Under the pieces are notes generated by a model. It did no database searches and was not told the DNA's origin. It saw only the letters and a program-made list of their open reading frames with translations. The translations under genes and the position numbers were made by a program. A stretch of 64,000 nt of DNA from an uncultured Gammaproteobacteria bacterium (GTDB taxonomy: Bacteria; Patescibacteriota; Microgenomatia; UBA12405). This document shows positions 40,001 to 49,908 of the stretch, piece after piece. Location of the stretch: contig CAZIZX010000001.1 of the NCBI GenBank assembly GCA_964544275.1, positions 49,576 to 113,575 on the forward strand, read 5' to 3'. Each line of letters begins with the position of its first letter. Position 1 is the first letter of the stretch.

Positions 40001-40781
40001 ATCAATCGGAGAACCGGGTACCCAGCTTACCCTAAGGACCAAACACACCGGAGGTGTTGTTGGTGTTGACGTTACCCAGGGCTTACCCCGTGTTCAGGAG
40101 CTGTTTGAGGTCAGGACTCCGAAACTTCCTTCACCACTAGCCGAGATCAGTGGTAGATTGAAAATTAAAGAAACTATCGATGGTTACGAGATAAAATTAA
40201 CCGGTAAAGACAAGAACAGCAATGCCAAAACTGTTACTTATCTCTTGCCCCAAAGTGTTACTTTATTAGTTTCTGACGGTGATCTGGTAGCCCAAGGTAC
40301 TCAGTTAAGTTCCGGCTCACTTGATGTTCGCGAAGTCATGGATATCAAAGGCCTAGAAGCCGCCCAGAAATATTTAATCAATAGTATTCAAGCGGTTTAC
40401 GAATCTCAGGGAATCACCATTCACGACAAACATTTAGAAGTAATTGTCAAAGAAATGAGTGATAAGCTCAAAATTGAAGATCCAGGTGACACCAATTTCC
40501 TCTATGGCCAAACCGTGACTAGAGCCGTCTATTCTAACGAAAACGAAAGAATCAAAGTCACCAATGGTCGACCGGCAAAAGGCAGGAAAGTTTTACTTGG
40601 ATTAATCCAGTCTGCCTTGACCACCGGTTCGTGGCTATCCGCTGCGTCATTCCAGCAGACCACCAATGTTTTGACCGAGTCATCTCTCCTCGCCGAGGTG
40701 GATAACTTGATTGGGCTCAAAGAAAATGTTATTATCGGACGTCTAATACCGGTTACAAAAGAGAACAACTCTAATCCATAA
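37044..40781 (+). CDS. rpoC: DNA-directed RNA polymerase subunit beta'
   Basis: Zinc-binding [23 protein letters not shown], the NADFDGDQM catalytic motif, and trigger-loop/bridge-helix blocks. 1245 aa. Confidence 0.95.
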   Translation: MFKFKNMVDFTGLQIKLASPQDILDWSHGEVTKPETINYRSWRPEKDGLFCEKIFGPSRDYECYCGKYKKIRFKGVICDKCGVEVTTSKVRRERMGHISLAAPITHLWYLRNTPSPLSVILDIPQKELESVVYFTKYLVTSVNNDARKEAMKNLEENAQKRLAQIDIETKESISKTTESDKNEKDELKSKIKNKDQLSIALEERDVRLKQNIQKLENKALAEKNRVESLTKFLEDKIKSMDVLSVLTDEESFFLNQFKADIFYTAEMGAQAIQTVLQGIDLPATVKNLKKELSKTSSKLKKKKIMYKIRILNGMVDNQIEPVWMVMSHVPVVPPDLRPMVQLTGGRFATSDLNDLYRRLINRNNRLKKLIKLGAPEIILRNEKRMLQESVDTLIDAQKSAKNKRRNSKRTPRSLSDLLRGKKGRFRRNLLGKRVDYSGRSVIVVGPELSLDQVGLPKEIALEMYRPFILRELMMSDLAPNIRSAKNLIDRRVNEVYDILEKVTQDSHVLLNRAPTLHKLSIQAFKPVLTDGLAIRLHPCVCKGFNADFDGDQMGVHLPLSEASQKEAAELMLPSQNLLKPADGSPISVPTQEMAVGCYYITSVQVGDTANEEGENVKDIPLFSDIEELELAYQSEKVGLRQLVAVRMDGKLKKTTYGRIIFNRILPEEFEFVNTPIAGSKAVNDLIVKSLEIAGQDKTVKLIDSLKDIGFYGFTLSGLSISMADCGYLPEKEQIITAANKRVAEIEENFKMGLISNDEKRRLSQNVWMEITEDIAEKTWATLDIDSPIRIVSAAGIKRASKDQIKQLSGMRGLMVDPTGRIVQLPTKSNFREGLSVFEYVTGARGTRKGLADTALKTADAGYLTRRLVDAAHVSIIKEEDCGTSKFITIEKTEKGRERFFGRRILGRIIANDVVDTKTKQLIARKGDLIGDELVIKLEESEILSVDIRSPLVCKAKYGLCQHCYGWDMSTRSMVDIGVPVGVIAAQSIGEPGTQLTLRTKHTGGVVGVDVTQGLPRVQELFEVRTPKLPSPLAEISGRLKIKETIDGYEIKLTGKDKNSNAKTVTYLLPQSVTLLVSDGDLVAQGTQLSSGSLDVREVMDIKGLEAAQKYLINSIQAVYESQGITIHDKHLEVIVKEMSDKLKIEDPGDTNFLYGQTVTRAVYSNENERIKVTNGRPAKGRKVLLGLIQSALTTGSWLSAASFQQTTNVLTESSLLAEVDNLIGLKENVIIGRLIPVTKENNSNP

Positions 40782-41206
40782 TGCCAACATTCAATCAACT
40801 AATCAAAAAAGGACGCAAAAAAAGAGATATAAAGGTGAAAACTGGTGCTTTGCGGGATAACTTTAACAGTATCAAGAATAACACTGTAAATACTTATAAT
40901 CCGCAAAAAAAAGGTGTCGTCACAGTTGTCAAGACTATGACTCCCAAAAAACCACACTCAGCTTTACGAAAAGTGGCTAGAGTCAAATTAAGTAATCGTA
41001 CTCAGGTTACTGCCTACATCCCGGGCATTGGTCACAACCTGGCCGAACACGGAATTGTATCCATTCGGGGTGGGAAAGTTAGAGATTTACCGGGTGTCCG
41101 TTACCACATTATCCGGGGTAAATATGATGCCAGCTCGGTTGCCGGAAGGTTACAGTCCCGAAGCAAGTACGGTGCCAAAAAACCAGCTTCAACTGAATCC
41201 AAATAA
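40781..41206 (+). CDS. rpsL: 30S ribosomal protein S12 (with ~13-aa N-terminal insertion)
   Basis: [12 protein letters not shown] ... [14 protein letters not shown] motifs. Insertion [15 protein letters not shown] relative to E. coli S12. Confidence 0.9.
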   Translation: MPTFNQLIKKGRKKRDIKVKTGALRDNFNSIKNNTVNTYNPQKKGVVTVVKTMTPKKPHSALRKVARVKLSNRTQVTAYIPGIGHNLAEHGIVSIRGGKVRDLPGVRYHIIRGKYDASSVAGRLQSRSKYGAKKPASTESK

Positions 41207-41220
41207 AAATTAAAAATAAT

Positions 41221-41703
41221 ATGGCAAGAAAAGGTCCCGCAAAAATTAGGCAAATCAAACCAGACCAGGTTTACCAAAGTCAATTAGTCAACAAAATCAT
41301 AAATTACATTATGCTTGATGGCAAAAAAGGCCCGGCGGCCAAGCAGGTTTATAACGCTTTGACCATCCTTCAAAAAGAGTTCCCCAAAGAAGATATTATT
41401 GTCACCTTGGAGCAATCTATCAGCAACATAAAACCCAAAGTTGAAGTCAGGCCGCGCAGAATCGGAGGCGCTGTTTATCAAGTCCCAACTCCGGTTCGTG
41501 GTAGTCGCCAAAATTCTTTGGCCATCAGATGGTTAGTCACTGCTGCTCGTGCCCGAAGCAACACTCAGTACCACACTTTTGCTGGAAAATTAGCTGCCGA
41601 ACTCATGGCTGCCTTGAATAATGAAGGATCGGCTATTACCAAAAGAGTTGAAGTTGAGAGGATGGCAGAAGCCAACAAAGCCTTTGCCCACTTGCGCTGG
41701 TAA
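41221..41703 (+). CDS. rpsG: 30S ribosomal protein S7
   Basis: 160 aa of S7-family sequence (RQNSLAIRWLV ... EAN KAFAHLRW). Confidence 0.9.
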   Translation: MARKGPAKIRQIKPDQVYQSQLVNKIINYIMLDGKKGPAAKQVYNALTILQKEFPKEDIIVTLEQSISNIKPKVEVRPRRIGGAVYQVPTPVRGSRQNSLAIRWLVTAARARSNTQYHTFAGKLAAELMAALNNEGSAITKRVEVERMAEANKAFAHLRW

Positions 41704-41729
41704 AAAAAATTGGCCATACTAATAATAGG

Positions 41730-43136
41730 ATGCAACTATTCTCTAAGCCCAAAATTGTCATCTGGCCCAAATCTCAAAGTGTCGAAATATTTATTGACCG
41801 GAGAGAGAACAACACCATTATCTTTGATCTAAATCTTTGGGAAGATACGACAGAAGCTAATCTACAACCTCTGGAATTTTATCTAAAACAAAATAAAATT
41901 CAGCGCTGCTCAGTTCTAGTGCCCGACGATATTGTTTTGACCAAAGCCTTTATCTATGACACCAAAATTGATTCTATCGAAAAAAAGGACGTTATTGGTT
42001 TGGCCGAAAGTTTTGTCTCATTCAAAATCGATCCAGAAACCATCGATTATAACTTGGTTCAAGATACCGATAAGACAATTATTCAATCACGAATATTCGA
42101 TCAGGACAAAATTAACCACTTTCATGCTAATTTGTCCAAACTAAATTTAAGCATTGATTCAATGGTTCCGGTTTCCCAGTCCATCGCCGGTGTGATCAAT
42201 AATATCTATGACCAGGAGTATTTTCTGGTTTATCCTCTCAATAATAATGAGTACACCTTACTTCTGGCCAGAAGTGACTCAGTCTATTTGACCAACAATC
42301 TCAAAGGCCCATCTTTGGATATCCAAAAAACCATCAACTATTCAAATCTATATTTTAAAGAATCCATCAAGAAAATATTTTTACCCAAAGAGGATATCGA
42401 TCTCAACTCAACCTCACAATTAGACAGAACTACATTTTCTGATTCCCAAATTGCCCAACGTTACTCCAAACCGACCAACTTTCCTCTTCCGGTTCTGGGT
42501 GTTTTCCTCGAGACTAATCGCCAGTCTGCTGATATAATAAGTACACCAGTATCTACGTTAGAAGTTTCTCCACCATCAACAAAACCTATGAACGCAGCAA
42601 AAAAGAATATATTACCCATAGTAGCCGTATTTATTTTTACAGCTGCCCTAGCATCCTTTATCATTTGGTTTGTTTTAAACAACAATTCTTCAGCTGACAT
42701 TGAATCTCCAATCGCCGAGAATCAGTCTCAAGATATCCCTGTAGTTGAATATTTCCCCACCGAAGTACCGCAACCTTCACCCACTGTTGAACCAGTAGAC
42801 AAGGACCTAAAAATTCAGGTACTTAACGCTACTGAAATTAATGGTCAGGCTGCCACCCTAAAACAGCGACTAGTAGCCTTGGGCTTTACTAGCGTAGCCG
42901 TGGGGAATAGTAGTGAAAAACTTACCTCAAATGAAGTCAGAACTAAACCGTCACTATCAACACAGTCAACTTATTTCGAGCAAAACTTAGACTTTGATGC
43001 CACCTTTGTGTCAACCCTAAGTGAAACCGGTACTTATGATTTGGTTTTTGTTATTGGTGAAGATTTGAGTCAAGGCAGTGCCACCTCGACTCCCACCGCC
43101 ACAATAAAACCTACTACCGCTGAGGACTCCGAATAA
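41730..43136 (+). CDS. bitopic membrane protein: PilM N-terminal-half-like cytoplasmic domain, TM, extracellular LytR_C-like domain
   Basis: The N-terminal ~200 aa track the first half of PilM (VLVPDDIVLTKAFIYD ... SFVSFKIDPETIDYNLV ... NLSIDSMVPVSQSIAGV). TM ILPIVAVFIFTAALASFIIWFVL. The C-terminus KIQVLNATEINGQAATLKQRLVALGFTSVAVGN ... DLVFVIGEDL matches the LytR_C pattern. Confidence 0.5.
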   Translation: MQLFSKPKIVIWPKSQSVEIFIDRRENNTIIFDLNLWEDTTEANLQPLEFYLKQNKIQRCSVLVPDDIVLTKAFIYDTKIDSIEKKDVIGLAESFVSFKIDPETIDYNLVQDTDKTIIQSRIFDQDKINHFHANLSKLNLSIDSMVPVSQSIAGVINNIYDQEYFLVYPLNNNEYTLLLARSDSVYLTNNLKGPSLDIQKTINYSNLYFKESIKKIFLPKEDIDLNSTSQLDRTTFSDSQIAQRYSKPTNFPLPVLGVFLETNRQSADIISTPVSTLEVSPPSTKPMNAAKKNILPIVAVFIFTAALASFIIWFVLNNNSSADIESPIAENQSQDIPVVEYFPTEVPQPSPTVEPVDKDLKIQVLNATEINGQAATLKQRLVALGFTSVAVGNSSEKLTSNEVRTKPSLSTQSTYFEQNLDFDATFVSTLSETGTYDLVFVIGEDLSQGSATSTPTATIKPTTAEDSE

Positions 43137-43180
43137 TTCATTATCTTGCTATTGACAATTTAATAAACTAGACTTGTCTC

Positions 43181-44191
43181 ATGAAGATTCTAATAACAGG
43201 TGGGTTAGGATTTATCGGTTCCAATTTTATTCACCACTGGTTAAATAACCATCCGCAGGACCAGATTGTCAATCTGGATAATTTAACCTATGCTGCCAAC
43301 CTCCAGAGTCTTTCCGACTTGGAAAATTCACCCAACTATCAATTTATCAAAGGAGATATTTGTGATCCGTCCATTGTTAACCAGACGATGGAAGGAATCA
43401 ACATCGTCATTCACTTTGCAGCTGAATCCCACGTTGATCGTTCGATTGATGACCCCTCCCTTTTTATTAAAACCAATGTTTTGGGTACTTATACATTATT
43501 AAATAGCGCCCTTCAACACCATGTAACCCGATTCCATCACGTTTCCACCGACGAAGTTTTTGGATCTATAGGGCTAAATACATCAGATCAGTTTCGGGAA
43601 ACTACACCCTACGATCCCAGCAGTCCATATTCTGCCAGTAAAGCCTCATCGGATCATTTTGTCAGAGCCTTTAGCAAGACTTTTAAACTCCCCATTACAA
43701 TTACTAATTGCTCCAACAACTACGGTCCCTTCCAAAACCCGGAAAAGTTTATTCCCAGAATGATTACCAATCTTTTGGATGGTAAAAAAGTGCCTATTTA
43801 CGGTCAGGGTTTAAATCTTCGTGACTGGCTTTATGTAAAAGACCACTGTGTTGCCATTGAGACAGTCATCCAAAAAGGCGTTATCGGAGAAACTTACTGC
43901 GTTGGCGGTCTAAAAGGTGGTACCAGTAATCTCAAAATCGTCAAAACCGTGCTAAAAATATTAGGTTTGGATGAGTCCTGGATCGAATATGTTCCTGACC
44001 GTCCAGCTCACGACAACTATTCCGTCGACTGGTCAAAAATAAAAAATCAACTAGGTTGGCAGCCAGCCTTTGATTTAGAATCCGGCTTGAAAGCTACTAT
44101 CGATTGGTACAAAAACAACCAAGCCTGGTGGCGTACCGCCAAGACCGAAGCCGAACAATTCTATCAGAAGTTAGCCCAAAGAAACACCTAA
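43181..44191 (+). CDS. rfbB: dTDP-glucose 4,6-dehydratase (SDR family NDP-sugar dehydratase)
   Basis: ITGGLGFIGSNF Rossmann motif, TYAAN, catalytic YSASK, and the NYGPFQNPEKFIP signature. 336 aa. Confidence 0.8.
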   Translation: MKILITGGLGFIGSNFIHHWLNNHPQDQIVNLDNLTYAANLQSLSDLENSPNYQFIKGDICDPSIVNQTMEGINIVIHFAAESHVDRSIDDPSLFIKTNVLGTYTLLNSALQHHVTRFHHVSTDEVFGSIGLNTSDQFRETTPYDPSSPYSASKASSDHFVRAFSKTFKLPITITNCSNNYGPFQNPEKFIPRMITNLLDGKKVPIYGQGLNLRDWLYVKDHCVAIETVIQKGVIGETYCVGGLKGGTSNLKIVKTVLKILGLDESWIEYVPDRPAHDNYSVDWSKIKNQLGWQPAFDLESGLKATIDWYKNNQAWWRTAKTEAEQFYQKLAQRNT

Positions 44192-45516
44192 CTATCCGAT
44201 ACTATTTTAGCAATCTTGTTTCCTTCTCTGACGGCAAAGTTAATACCTCTATCTTCCGGAAATATTTGGGAAAAATTAGACAAAAACACATTATTTATCG
44301 GTGTTCTATAACTTGGAATGTTTTTTGGATAATCACAGCCAACTACATGTTGCGCATTTTTTAATTTGAACACAAGCTGATTGGTAATTTTATTTTTATC
44401 GAATTTAGGAAACATTCGTTTCAAATACCCCAAAAATTCCTGTTCAATTTTTTTATTATCTATCTCAAAATATTTATGGTTATTGGGCACATAAGTTCCC
44501 ATATAATACACTTCTTCGCCACCATATTTCTTTCTACCAATCAAATTGGTGTGCTGAATAAATGCCAAAAAAGGAGACTCCGGGTCATTGATATTATGCC
44601 AATAATATTCACTCAAATTTTGTTTGGAAGTAAAAACACTCACCACCGCTCCCAAATAGTCAATTGAATTTAATTTATTCAGGTAATTCATCCCAGCACT
44701 TGTGTCAATCATTCCAGCAAAAACATAAGAGGGAACAGTGCAAATTAGTTTGTCAAACCGAATTACCTTGTCGGTTTTTACCTCAACAGACTCATCCTCA
44801 TTATTAATACTGCCAACCCGTGTATTTAAACGAATCGTTCCACCCATCTTTTTTATTTGCTCTGCCAATTTATCAATCACCACCTGGAAACCCCCGTCAA
44901 AATAACCCAGATATTCTTTAGTATCACCTTTTTCTTTGGAATTTCCTCGGGTGTGAATTCTTGCCCATAGCCAGGCCATAGAAACTTGTCTATAATAATC
45001 ATGAAATTTACCCTTAAGAAGCGGTTCCCAAATAATTCGATATGCCTTCCGACCACACATCTTTTCCATCCACTGACAAGCTGGAACATTTATATATTTT
45101 TCGTGATCCTTATCTTTTTGAAGATATATTCCCACCATCCCCAGTCTCAATTTATCCAAAGTTCCTAACGGTTTAAACCGCAGTAAGTCCATTGGAGTTA
45201 CAAATGGATATAACTTCCCATTATAATAAAGCCCTATCGAACTTTCATTCCACACCAGCTTTTCTCTAATTTGAAGTTCGTCAGCTAGATTAATAATATC
45301 TTTATCCGTTTTAAAAATATGATGGTAAGCCATTTCCAGACTAGCCCCATCAATCTTAAAACCCGCCGCCAACCCCCCCAGAGTTTCGCCAGCCTCCAGA
45401 ACCGTTACTTTGTGTCCCGTTTTCAAAAGTCGATATGCCGCCACCAAACCAGTAAAACCCCCTCCGACGATTCCTATATGTTGCTTCATCTTATGATATG
45501 ATACACTGTTATTCAT
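44188..45516 (-). CDS. FAD/NAD(P)-binding oxidoreductase (amine oxidase / CrtI-like family), function unknown
   Basis: N-terminal GIVGGGFTGLVAAYRL ... VLEAGETLGGLA dinucleotide-binding motifs and a C-terminal TGHKxxG-like FAD motif (KVTGCDYP region). The only minus-strand gene in the second half. Tail-to-tail overlap with rfbB. Confidence 0.65.
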   Translation of the reverse strand: MNNSVSYHKMKQHIGIVGGGFTGLVAAYRLLKTGHKVTVLEAGETLGGLAAGFKIDGASLEMAYHHIFKTDKDIINLADELQIREKLVWNESSIGLYYNGKLYPFVTPMDLLRFKPLGTLDKLRLGMVGIYLQKDKDHEKYINVPACQWMEKMCGRKAYRIIWEPLLKGKFHDYYRQVSMAWLWARIHTRGNSKEKGDTKEYLGYFDGGFQVVIDKLAEQIKKMGGTIRLNTRVGSINNEDESVEVKTDKVIRFDKLICTVPSYVFAGMIDTSAGMNYLNKLNSIDYLGAVVSVFTSKQNLSEYYWHNINDPESPFLAFIQHTNLIGRKKYGGEEVYYMGTYVPNNHKYFEIDNKKIEQEFLGYLKRMFPKFDKNKITNQLVFKLKNAQHVVGCDYPKNIPSYRTPINNVFLSNFSQIFPEDRGINFAVREGNKIAKIVSDS

Positions 45517-45555
45517 CGTAATTATTAATTATCCATTACTTACAACTTTATTAAT

Positions 45556-47664
45556 ATGGCCGACATTATCAAACTTAGCAAAAACCGCGACTTACCTATG
45601 GATAAGGTTCGAAATATTGGAATTATTGCCCACATCGATGCCGGAAAAACCACCACCACCGAAAGAATCCTTTTTTACACCGGAAAAATCCACAAAATAG
45701 GTGTGGTGGATGACGGTACCACTACCACCGACTCCATGGCCCAGGAAAAGGAGCGGGGTATTACTATTCAATCCGCTTGTACCACTACTTTTTGGAAAGA
45801 TCATCGTTTTAACATTATCGACACTCCAGGCCATGTCGATTTTACTGCGGAAGTTGAGAGATCCTTACGCGTTCTTGATGGCGCCATCATGGTGTTTGAC
45901 GGTAATGCCGGTGTTCAAGCTCAATCGGAAACCGTTTGGCGTCAGGCTGACAAATATGGCGTTCCCAGGTTGGCTTTTGTCAACAAAATGGACAAAGTTG
46001 GGTCAGATTTCAATATGGTTCTAAGAAGTATCGACGAAAAATTAAAAGCTCCTGTCATTCCTATGGTCATTCCTGTTGGCAAAGAACATGAATTTGTGGG
46101 TGTCATTGACCTGATGGAAATGAAACAAATAGTCTGGGACAAAGATGACCAAGGCATCGAATTTACCACCAAAGAAATCGATTCTGACTTAATTTCCACC
46201 GCTCAAGCAGCCAGGGCTCTAATGGTCGAAAAAATTGCCGGAGAAGACGAAGTTCTGATGGAAAAATTTCTAAACGATCAGGAAATTTCTGTACCCGAAC
46301 TCAAAGCTGTATTGCGCCGAGCCACTATTGCTCGAAGGCTTTTCCCGATTTATTGTGGATCATCTTGGAGAAACAAAGGCGTCCAGCCCGTACTTGATGG
46401 CGTTGTTGATTTTCTGCCTTCACCATTAGACCTGCCGCCCGTTGAGGGTTATGACATTGCCAGCGGAGAAATTTTAACCCGAAAACCGGAAAAATCCGAA
46501 GCTTTATCAGCCCTTCTTTTCAAAGTTCAATCAGATCCGCATGTTGGCACCCTATCTTATGTCCGAATTTATTCCGGCACCCTTAAGGCTGGTTCGGAAG
46601 TTCTAAATGCCACCAAAGATAAAAGCGAGAGGATTGGCCGGCTCTTGTTAATGCACGCCGACAAACGCGAAGGCATCGAAGAAGGCTTCGCCGGAGAAAT
46701 TGTCGCCTGTATCGGTCTCAAAGAATCTACTACTGGCGATACTTTATGCGATAAATTACATCCAATTTCTTTATCGCCAATTCAATTTTCCGATCCGGTT
46801 ATCTCTCTTTCAATTGAACCTGAAACTGCCGACGATCAGGAAAAAATGGGAGCAGCCCTAAATAGATTAGCCACCGAAGATCCCACTTTTAGGGTTTCTT
46901 ACAACCATGAAACCGGGCAAACTATTATTGCCGGCATGGGCGAACTTTATCTGGACATCATCGTTGATCGTCTCAAAAGAGAATTCACTGTAAATGTTAA
47001 AACCGGTGCTCCTCAAGTTGCTTATCGCGAAACTATTATTTCCAAATCCGAAGGTGAGGGTAAATATATTCACCAGTCTGGCGGTCATGGTCAATATGGT
47101 CACTGTAAAATCCGAATCGAGCCCAAAAATCGTGGCGAAGGCGTCGAATTTATTAATGCCGTCAAAGGTGGCGCCATTCCCAGTAATTTCATCCCCGCCA
47201 TCGAAAAAGGCGTCAGAGAAACCCTCCAGAAAGGTATTATTGCTGGTTATCCGGCCACCGATATTCAAGTTACCGTATATGATGGGACCTACCACGATGT
47301 TGATTCATCTGAAATGGCTTTCAAATTAGCCGGTTCTTACGCCATCAAAGACGCTTTCGAAAAAGCCAGCCCCATTGTCTTGGAACCAATAATGAAACTG
47401 GAAGTCAACACCCCATCTGAATTTTTGGGTACTGTTATTGGAGATCTTTCCTCCCGGCGCGGTCAAATTAGCGGTACCACCGAAAGTAACAACTTTACTA
47501 CCGTCAACGCCTTCATTCCGCTTGAGGCCGTCAGAGGCTATGCTACCGTTATTCGAAGTCTAACCCAGGGTCGAGGATCTTTTTACATGGAACCGTCTCA
47601 CTACGACCCCGTCCCTTCGGATGTCCAACAGGGCTTGCTGATTAGCAAAAGTACCAAAAGTTAA
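45556..47664 (+). CDS. fusA: elongation factor G
   Basis: AHIDAGKTTTTERIL, DSMAQEKERGITI, DTPGHVDF, NKMD. 702 aa. Confidence 0.95.
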   Translation: MADIIKLSKNRDLPMDKVRNIGIIAHIDAGKTTTTERILFYTGKIHKIGVVDDGTTTTDSMAQEKERGITIQSACTTTFWKDHRFNIIDTPGHVDFTAEVERSLRVLDGAIMVFDGNAGVQAQSETVWRQADKYGVPRLAFVNKMDKVGSDFNMVLRSIDEKLKAPVIPMVIPVGKEHEFVGVIDLMEMKQIVWDKDDQGIEFTTKEIDSDLISTAQAARALMVEKIAGEDEVLMEKFLNDQEISVPELKAVLRRATIARRLFPIYCGSSWRNKGVQPVLDGVVDFLPSPLDLPPVEGYDIASGEILTRKPEKSEALSALLFKVQSDPHVGTLSYVRIYSGTLKAGSEVLNATKDKSERIGRLLLMHADKREGIEEGFAGEIVACIGLKESTTGDTLCDKLHPISLSPIQFSDPVISLSIEPETADDQEKMGAALNRLATEDPTFRVSYNHETGQTIIAGMGELYLDIIVDRLKREFTVNVKTGAPQVAYRETIISKSEGEGKYIHQSGGHGQYGHCKIRIEPKNRGEGVEFINAVKGGAIPSNFIPAIEKGVRETLQKGIIAGYPATDIQVTVYDGTYHDVDSSEMAFKLAGSYAIKDAFEKASPIVLEPIMKLEVNTPSEFLGTVIGDLSSRRGQISGTTESNNFTTVNAFIPLEAVRGYATVIRSLTQGRGSFYMEPSHYDPVPSDVQQGLLISKSTKS

Positions 47665-47676
47665 GCAACTTTGTTG

Positions 47677-47705
47677 TTGCAAACGAGCAATTTAGTTGCT
47701 ACAAT
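47677..47705 (+). promoter_or_regulatory. sigma70 promoter in the fusA-tuf intergenic region
   Basis: TTGCAA 47677-47682, 17-nt spacer, TACAAT 47700-47705. Confidence 0.5.
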
Positions 47706-47744
47706 CTTAAAGCGTTTTAGCTACATATTTACTAGCTAGAAAAC

Positions 47745-47762
47745 TTGTCTAAAATTAGACAA
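47745..47762 (+). promoter_or_regulatory. perfect 8-bp inverted repeat (TTGTCTAA-aa-TTAGACAA) in the tuf leader; candidate operator or mRNA hairpin
   Basis: Read directly from the sequence. It lies between the candidate promoter and the AAGGAG RBS of tuf. Confidence 0.35.
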
Positions 47763-47789
47763 AAAATAATAATTAAAAAGGAGACATAA

Positions 47790-48962
47790 ATGGCAGACAC
47801 TTTTCAAAGAAACAAGCCGCACGTCAACGTCGGTACTATCGGCCACGTTGATCATGGAAAAACTACCCTCTCCGCTGCTATTTCAAAGGTGCAGGGTAAT
47901 CCAAAATCTTATCAGGATATCGCCAAAGGAGGAACGGTTAGGGACGCTTCGAAAATCGTCACTATTGCCATTTCCCATCTTGAATACGAATCTGACAAGA
48001 GACATTACGCTCACATAGATTGTCCCGGTCACGCTGATTACGTCAAAAACATGATCACTGGTGCCGCTCAAATGGATGGTGCCATATTGGTGGTGTCAGC
48101 CCCGGATGGTCCCATGCCTCAGACCAGAGAGCACGTTCTCTTGGCCAACCAGGTCAATGTTCCCAAACTTGTAGTTTTCTTAAACAAAGTTGATTTAGTT
48201 GAAGACCCCGAATTTTTGGATTTAGTCGAGATGGAAATCAGAGATCTTTTGACCAAATACGGCTTTGATGGTGATAATGCTCCCATCATTCGCGGTTCCG
48301 CCCTCAAAGCACTTAATGGTGACGCTGAAGGTGTTGAATCTATCAAGAAACTCATGGAAGCCCTGGACACTTATATTCCTGAACCCACCCGTGAACTTGA
48401 CCAGCCTTTCTTACTACCCATTGAAGATGTTTTCTCCATCAAAGGCCGAGGCACTGTTGCTACCGGTAGAATCGAAAGAGGCATTGTTAAGGTGAACGAA
48501 GAAGTTGAAATTGTTGGTCTTCGTCCCACCCAAAAGGCCGTTGTTACCGGGGTAGAGATGTTTCACAAAATCCTGGATCAGGGTCAAGCCGGAGACAACG
48601 TCGGTATTCTTTTGAGAGGTATCGAAAAAGAGGATATTGAAAGAGGTCAGGTTATTGCCAAGCCCGGTTCAATCACTCCTCATACCGAATTCAAGGCCGA
48701 AGTCTACTTGCTTAAAAAGGAAGAAGGTGGTCGCCACACCCCGGTCTTTACCGGTTACCGTCCCCAGGTGTTCATCAGGACCACTGATGTCACCGGCGAT
48801 GTTCAACTTCCCGAGGGTGTAGAAATGGTTATGCCTGGCGATAATGCCAATGTAGTCATTAAGTTAATTAAACCGGTAGCTATGCAACCGGGTCAAAGAT
48901 TCGCTATCCGCGAAGGTGGTTTGACTGTGGGTGCCGGTGCTATTACCGAAATAATAAAGTAA
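47790..48962 (+). CDS. tuf: elongation factor Tu (with atypical switch I sequence)
   Basis: [18 protein letters not shown] and NKVD motifs, and domains 2/3 nearly identical to canonical EF-Tu. The region aligned to E. coli [12 protein letters not shown] reads [15 protein letters not shown]. Confidence 0.95.
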   Translation: MADTFQRNKPHVNVGTIGHVDHGKTTLSAAISKVQGNPKSYQDIAKGGTVRDASKIVTIAISHLEYESDKRHYAHIDCPGHADYVKNMITGAAQMDGAILVVSAPDGPMPQTREHVLLANQVNVPKLVVFLNKVDLVEDPEFLDLVEMEIRDLLTKYGFDGDNAPIIRGSALKALNGDAEGVESIKKLMEALDTYIPEPTRELDQPFLLPIEDVFSIKGRGTVATGRIERGIVKVNEEVEIVGLRPTQKAVVTGVEMFHKILDQGQAGDNVGILLRGIEKEDIERGQVIAKPGSITPHTEFKAEVYLLKKEEGGRHTPVFTGYRPQVFIRTTDVTGDVQLPEGVEMVMPGDNANVVIKLIKPVAMQPGQRFAIREGGLTVGAGAITEIIK

Positions 48963-48966
48963 AAAA

Positions 48967-49278
48967 ATGGCCAAAGGTAACCGCATTCGCATCAGACTAA
49001 AATCATTCGATCATCGAATTATCGATGAGGCGGCCATGAAGATAGTCGAAGCAGCGGTTACCGCAGGTGCCACAGTTCAAGGTCCCATCCCTCTTCCAAC
49101 CGACAGAAAAGTTATTACAGTTTTGACTAGTCCTCACACTGACAAAAATGCCCGGGATCACTATGAAATATTGACCCACAAGCGTTTAATTGACATATCC
49201 AACACCAGTCTACGGACAGTTGATAGTCTTCAGCACCTAGACCTGCCTTCGGGTGTCGAGATTGAAGTCAAAATGTAA
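48967..49278 (+). CDS. rpsJ: 30S ribosomal protein S10
   Basis: [16 protein letters not shown] ... S10 family. 103 aa. Confidence 0.9.
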   Translation: MAKGNRIRIRLKSFDHRIIDEAAMKIVEAAVTAGATVQGPIPLPTDRKVITVLTSPHTDKNARDHYEILTHKRLIDISNTSLRTVDSLQHLDLPSGVEIEVKM

Positions 49279-49286
49279 GGAGTACC

Positions 49287-49907
49287 ATGATCTCAGGATT
49301 TATTGCCAAAAAACAGAAAATGAGTAATCAGTTTGATTCAAAAGGTCGACGGATCTCTGTGACCATCCTTAAAGCAGAACCCCTGAAGGTTACTCAGCTC
49401 AAATCTATCGAAAAAGATGGCTATACCTCCGTTCAAATAGCTTTCGGCCAAAAAAAAAGACAAACTAAAGCCATCGAAGTCAAACTAAAAAAGATCAAAA
49501 ATAATACTGTCCCAAAAGGTTTTAAGGAATTTTCTCAAACCTCAGAAGAAAAAATTGAAGTAGGTAATGAAATAAAAATTGATTCAGTCTTTACAATTGG
49601 CGATGTTATTAGTGTTACCGGCACATCCAAGGGGCATGGTTTCGCTGGCGTTGTCAAGCGCCACGGTTTTCATCGTCAGGGTGTTACCGGTGGCCAATCC
49701 GATCGCACTCGCGCTCCCGGTTCTATCGGTGCTCAAACCCCCGGAAAAGTAATCAAAGGTAAAAAAATGCCGGGCCATTTTGGCAATGTCACTAAAACAG
49801 TTAGTAATCTAAAAATAATCTCTCTCAATACGGAAAATAACGAGTTAATCATTAGTGGATCTGTCCCGGGTGCCAGAAACTCTTGGGTGGTCATAACCAA
49901 ACAATAA
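49287..49907 (+). CDS. rplC: 50S ribosomal protein L3
   Basis: GTSKGHGFAGVVKRHGF motif. 206 aa. Confidence 0.9.
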   Translation: MISGFIAKKQKMSNQFDSKGRRISVTILKAEPLKVTQLKSIEKDGYTSVQIAFGQKKRQTKAIEVKLKKIKNNTVPKGFKEFSQTSEEKIEVGNEIKIDSVFTIGDVISVTGTSKGHGFAGVVKRHGFHRQGVTGGQSDRTRAPGSIGAQTPGKVIKGKKMPGHFGNVTKTVSNLKIISLNTENNELIISGSVPGARNSWVVITKQ

Positions 49908-49908
49908 A

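Noticed and set aside
47880-47990. Possibility that the divergent EF-Tu switch I segment is a compensated double-frameshift sequencing error
   Set aside because: I translated the two alternative frames across the segment. Neither restores the canonical [12 protein letters not shown] sequence, and one contains a stop.
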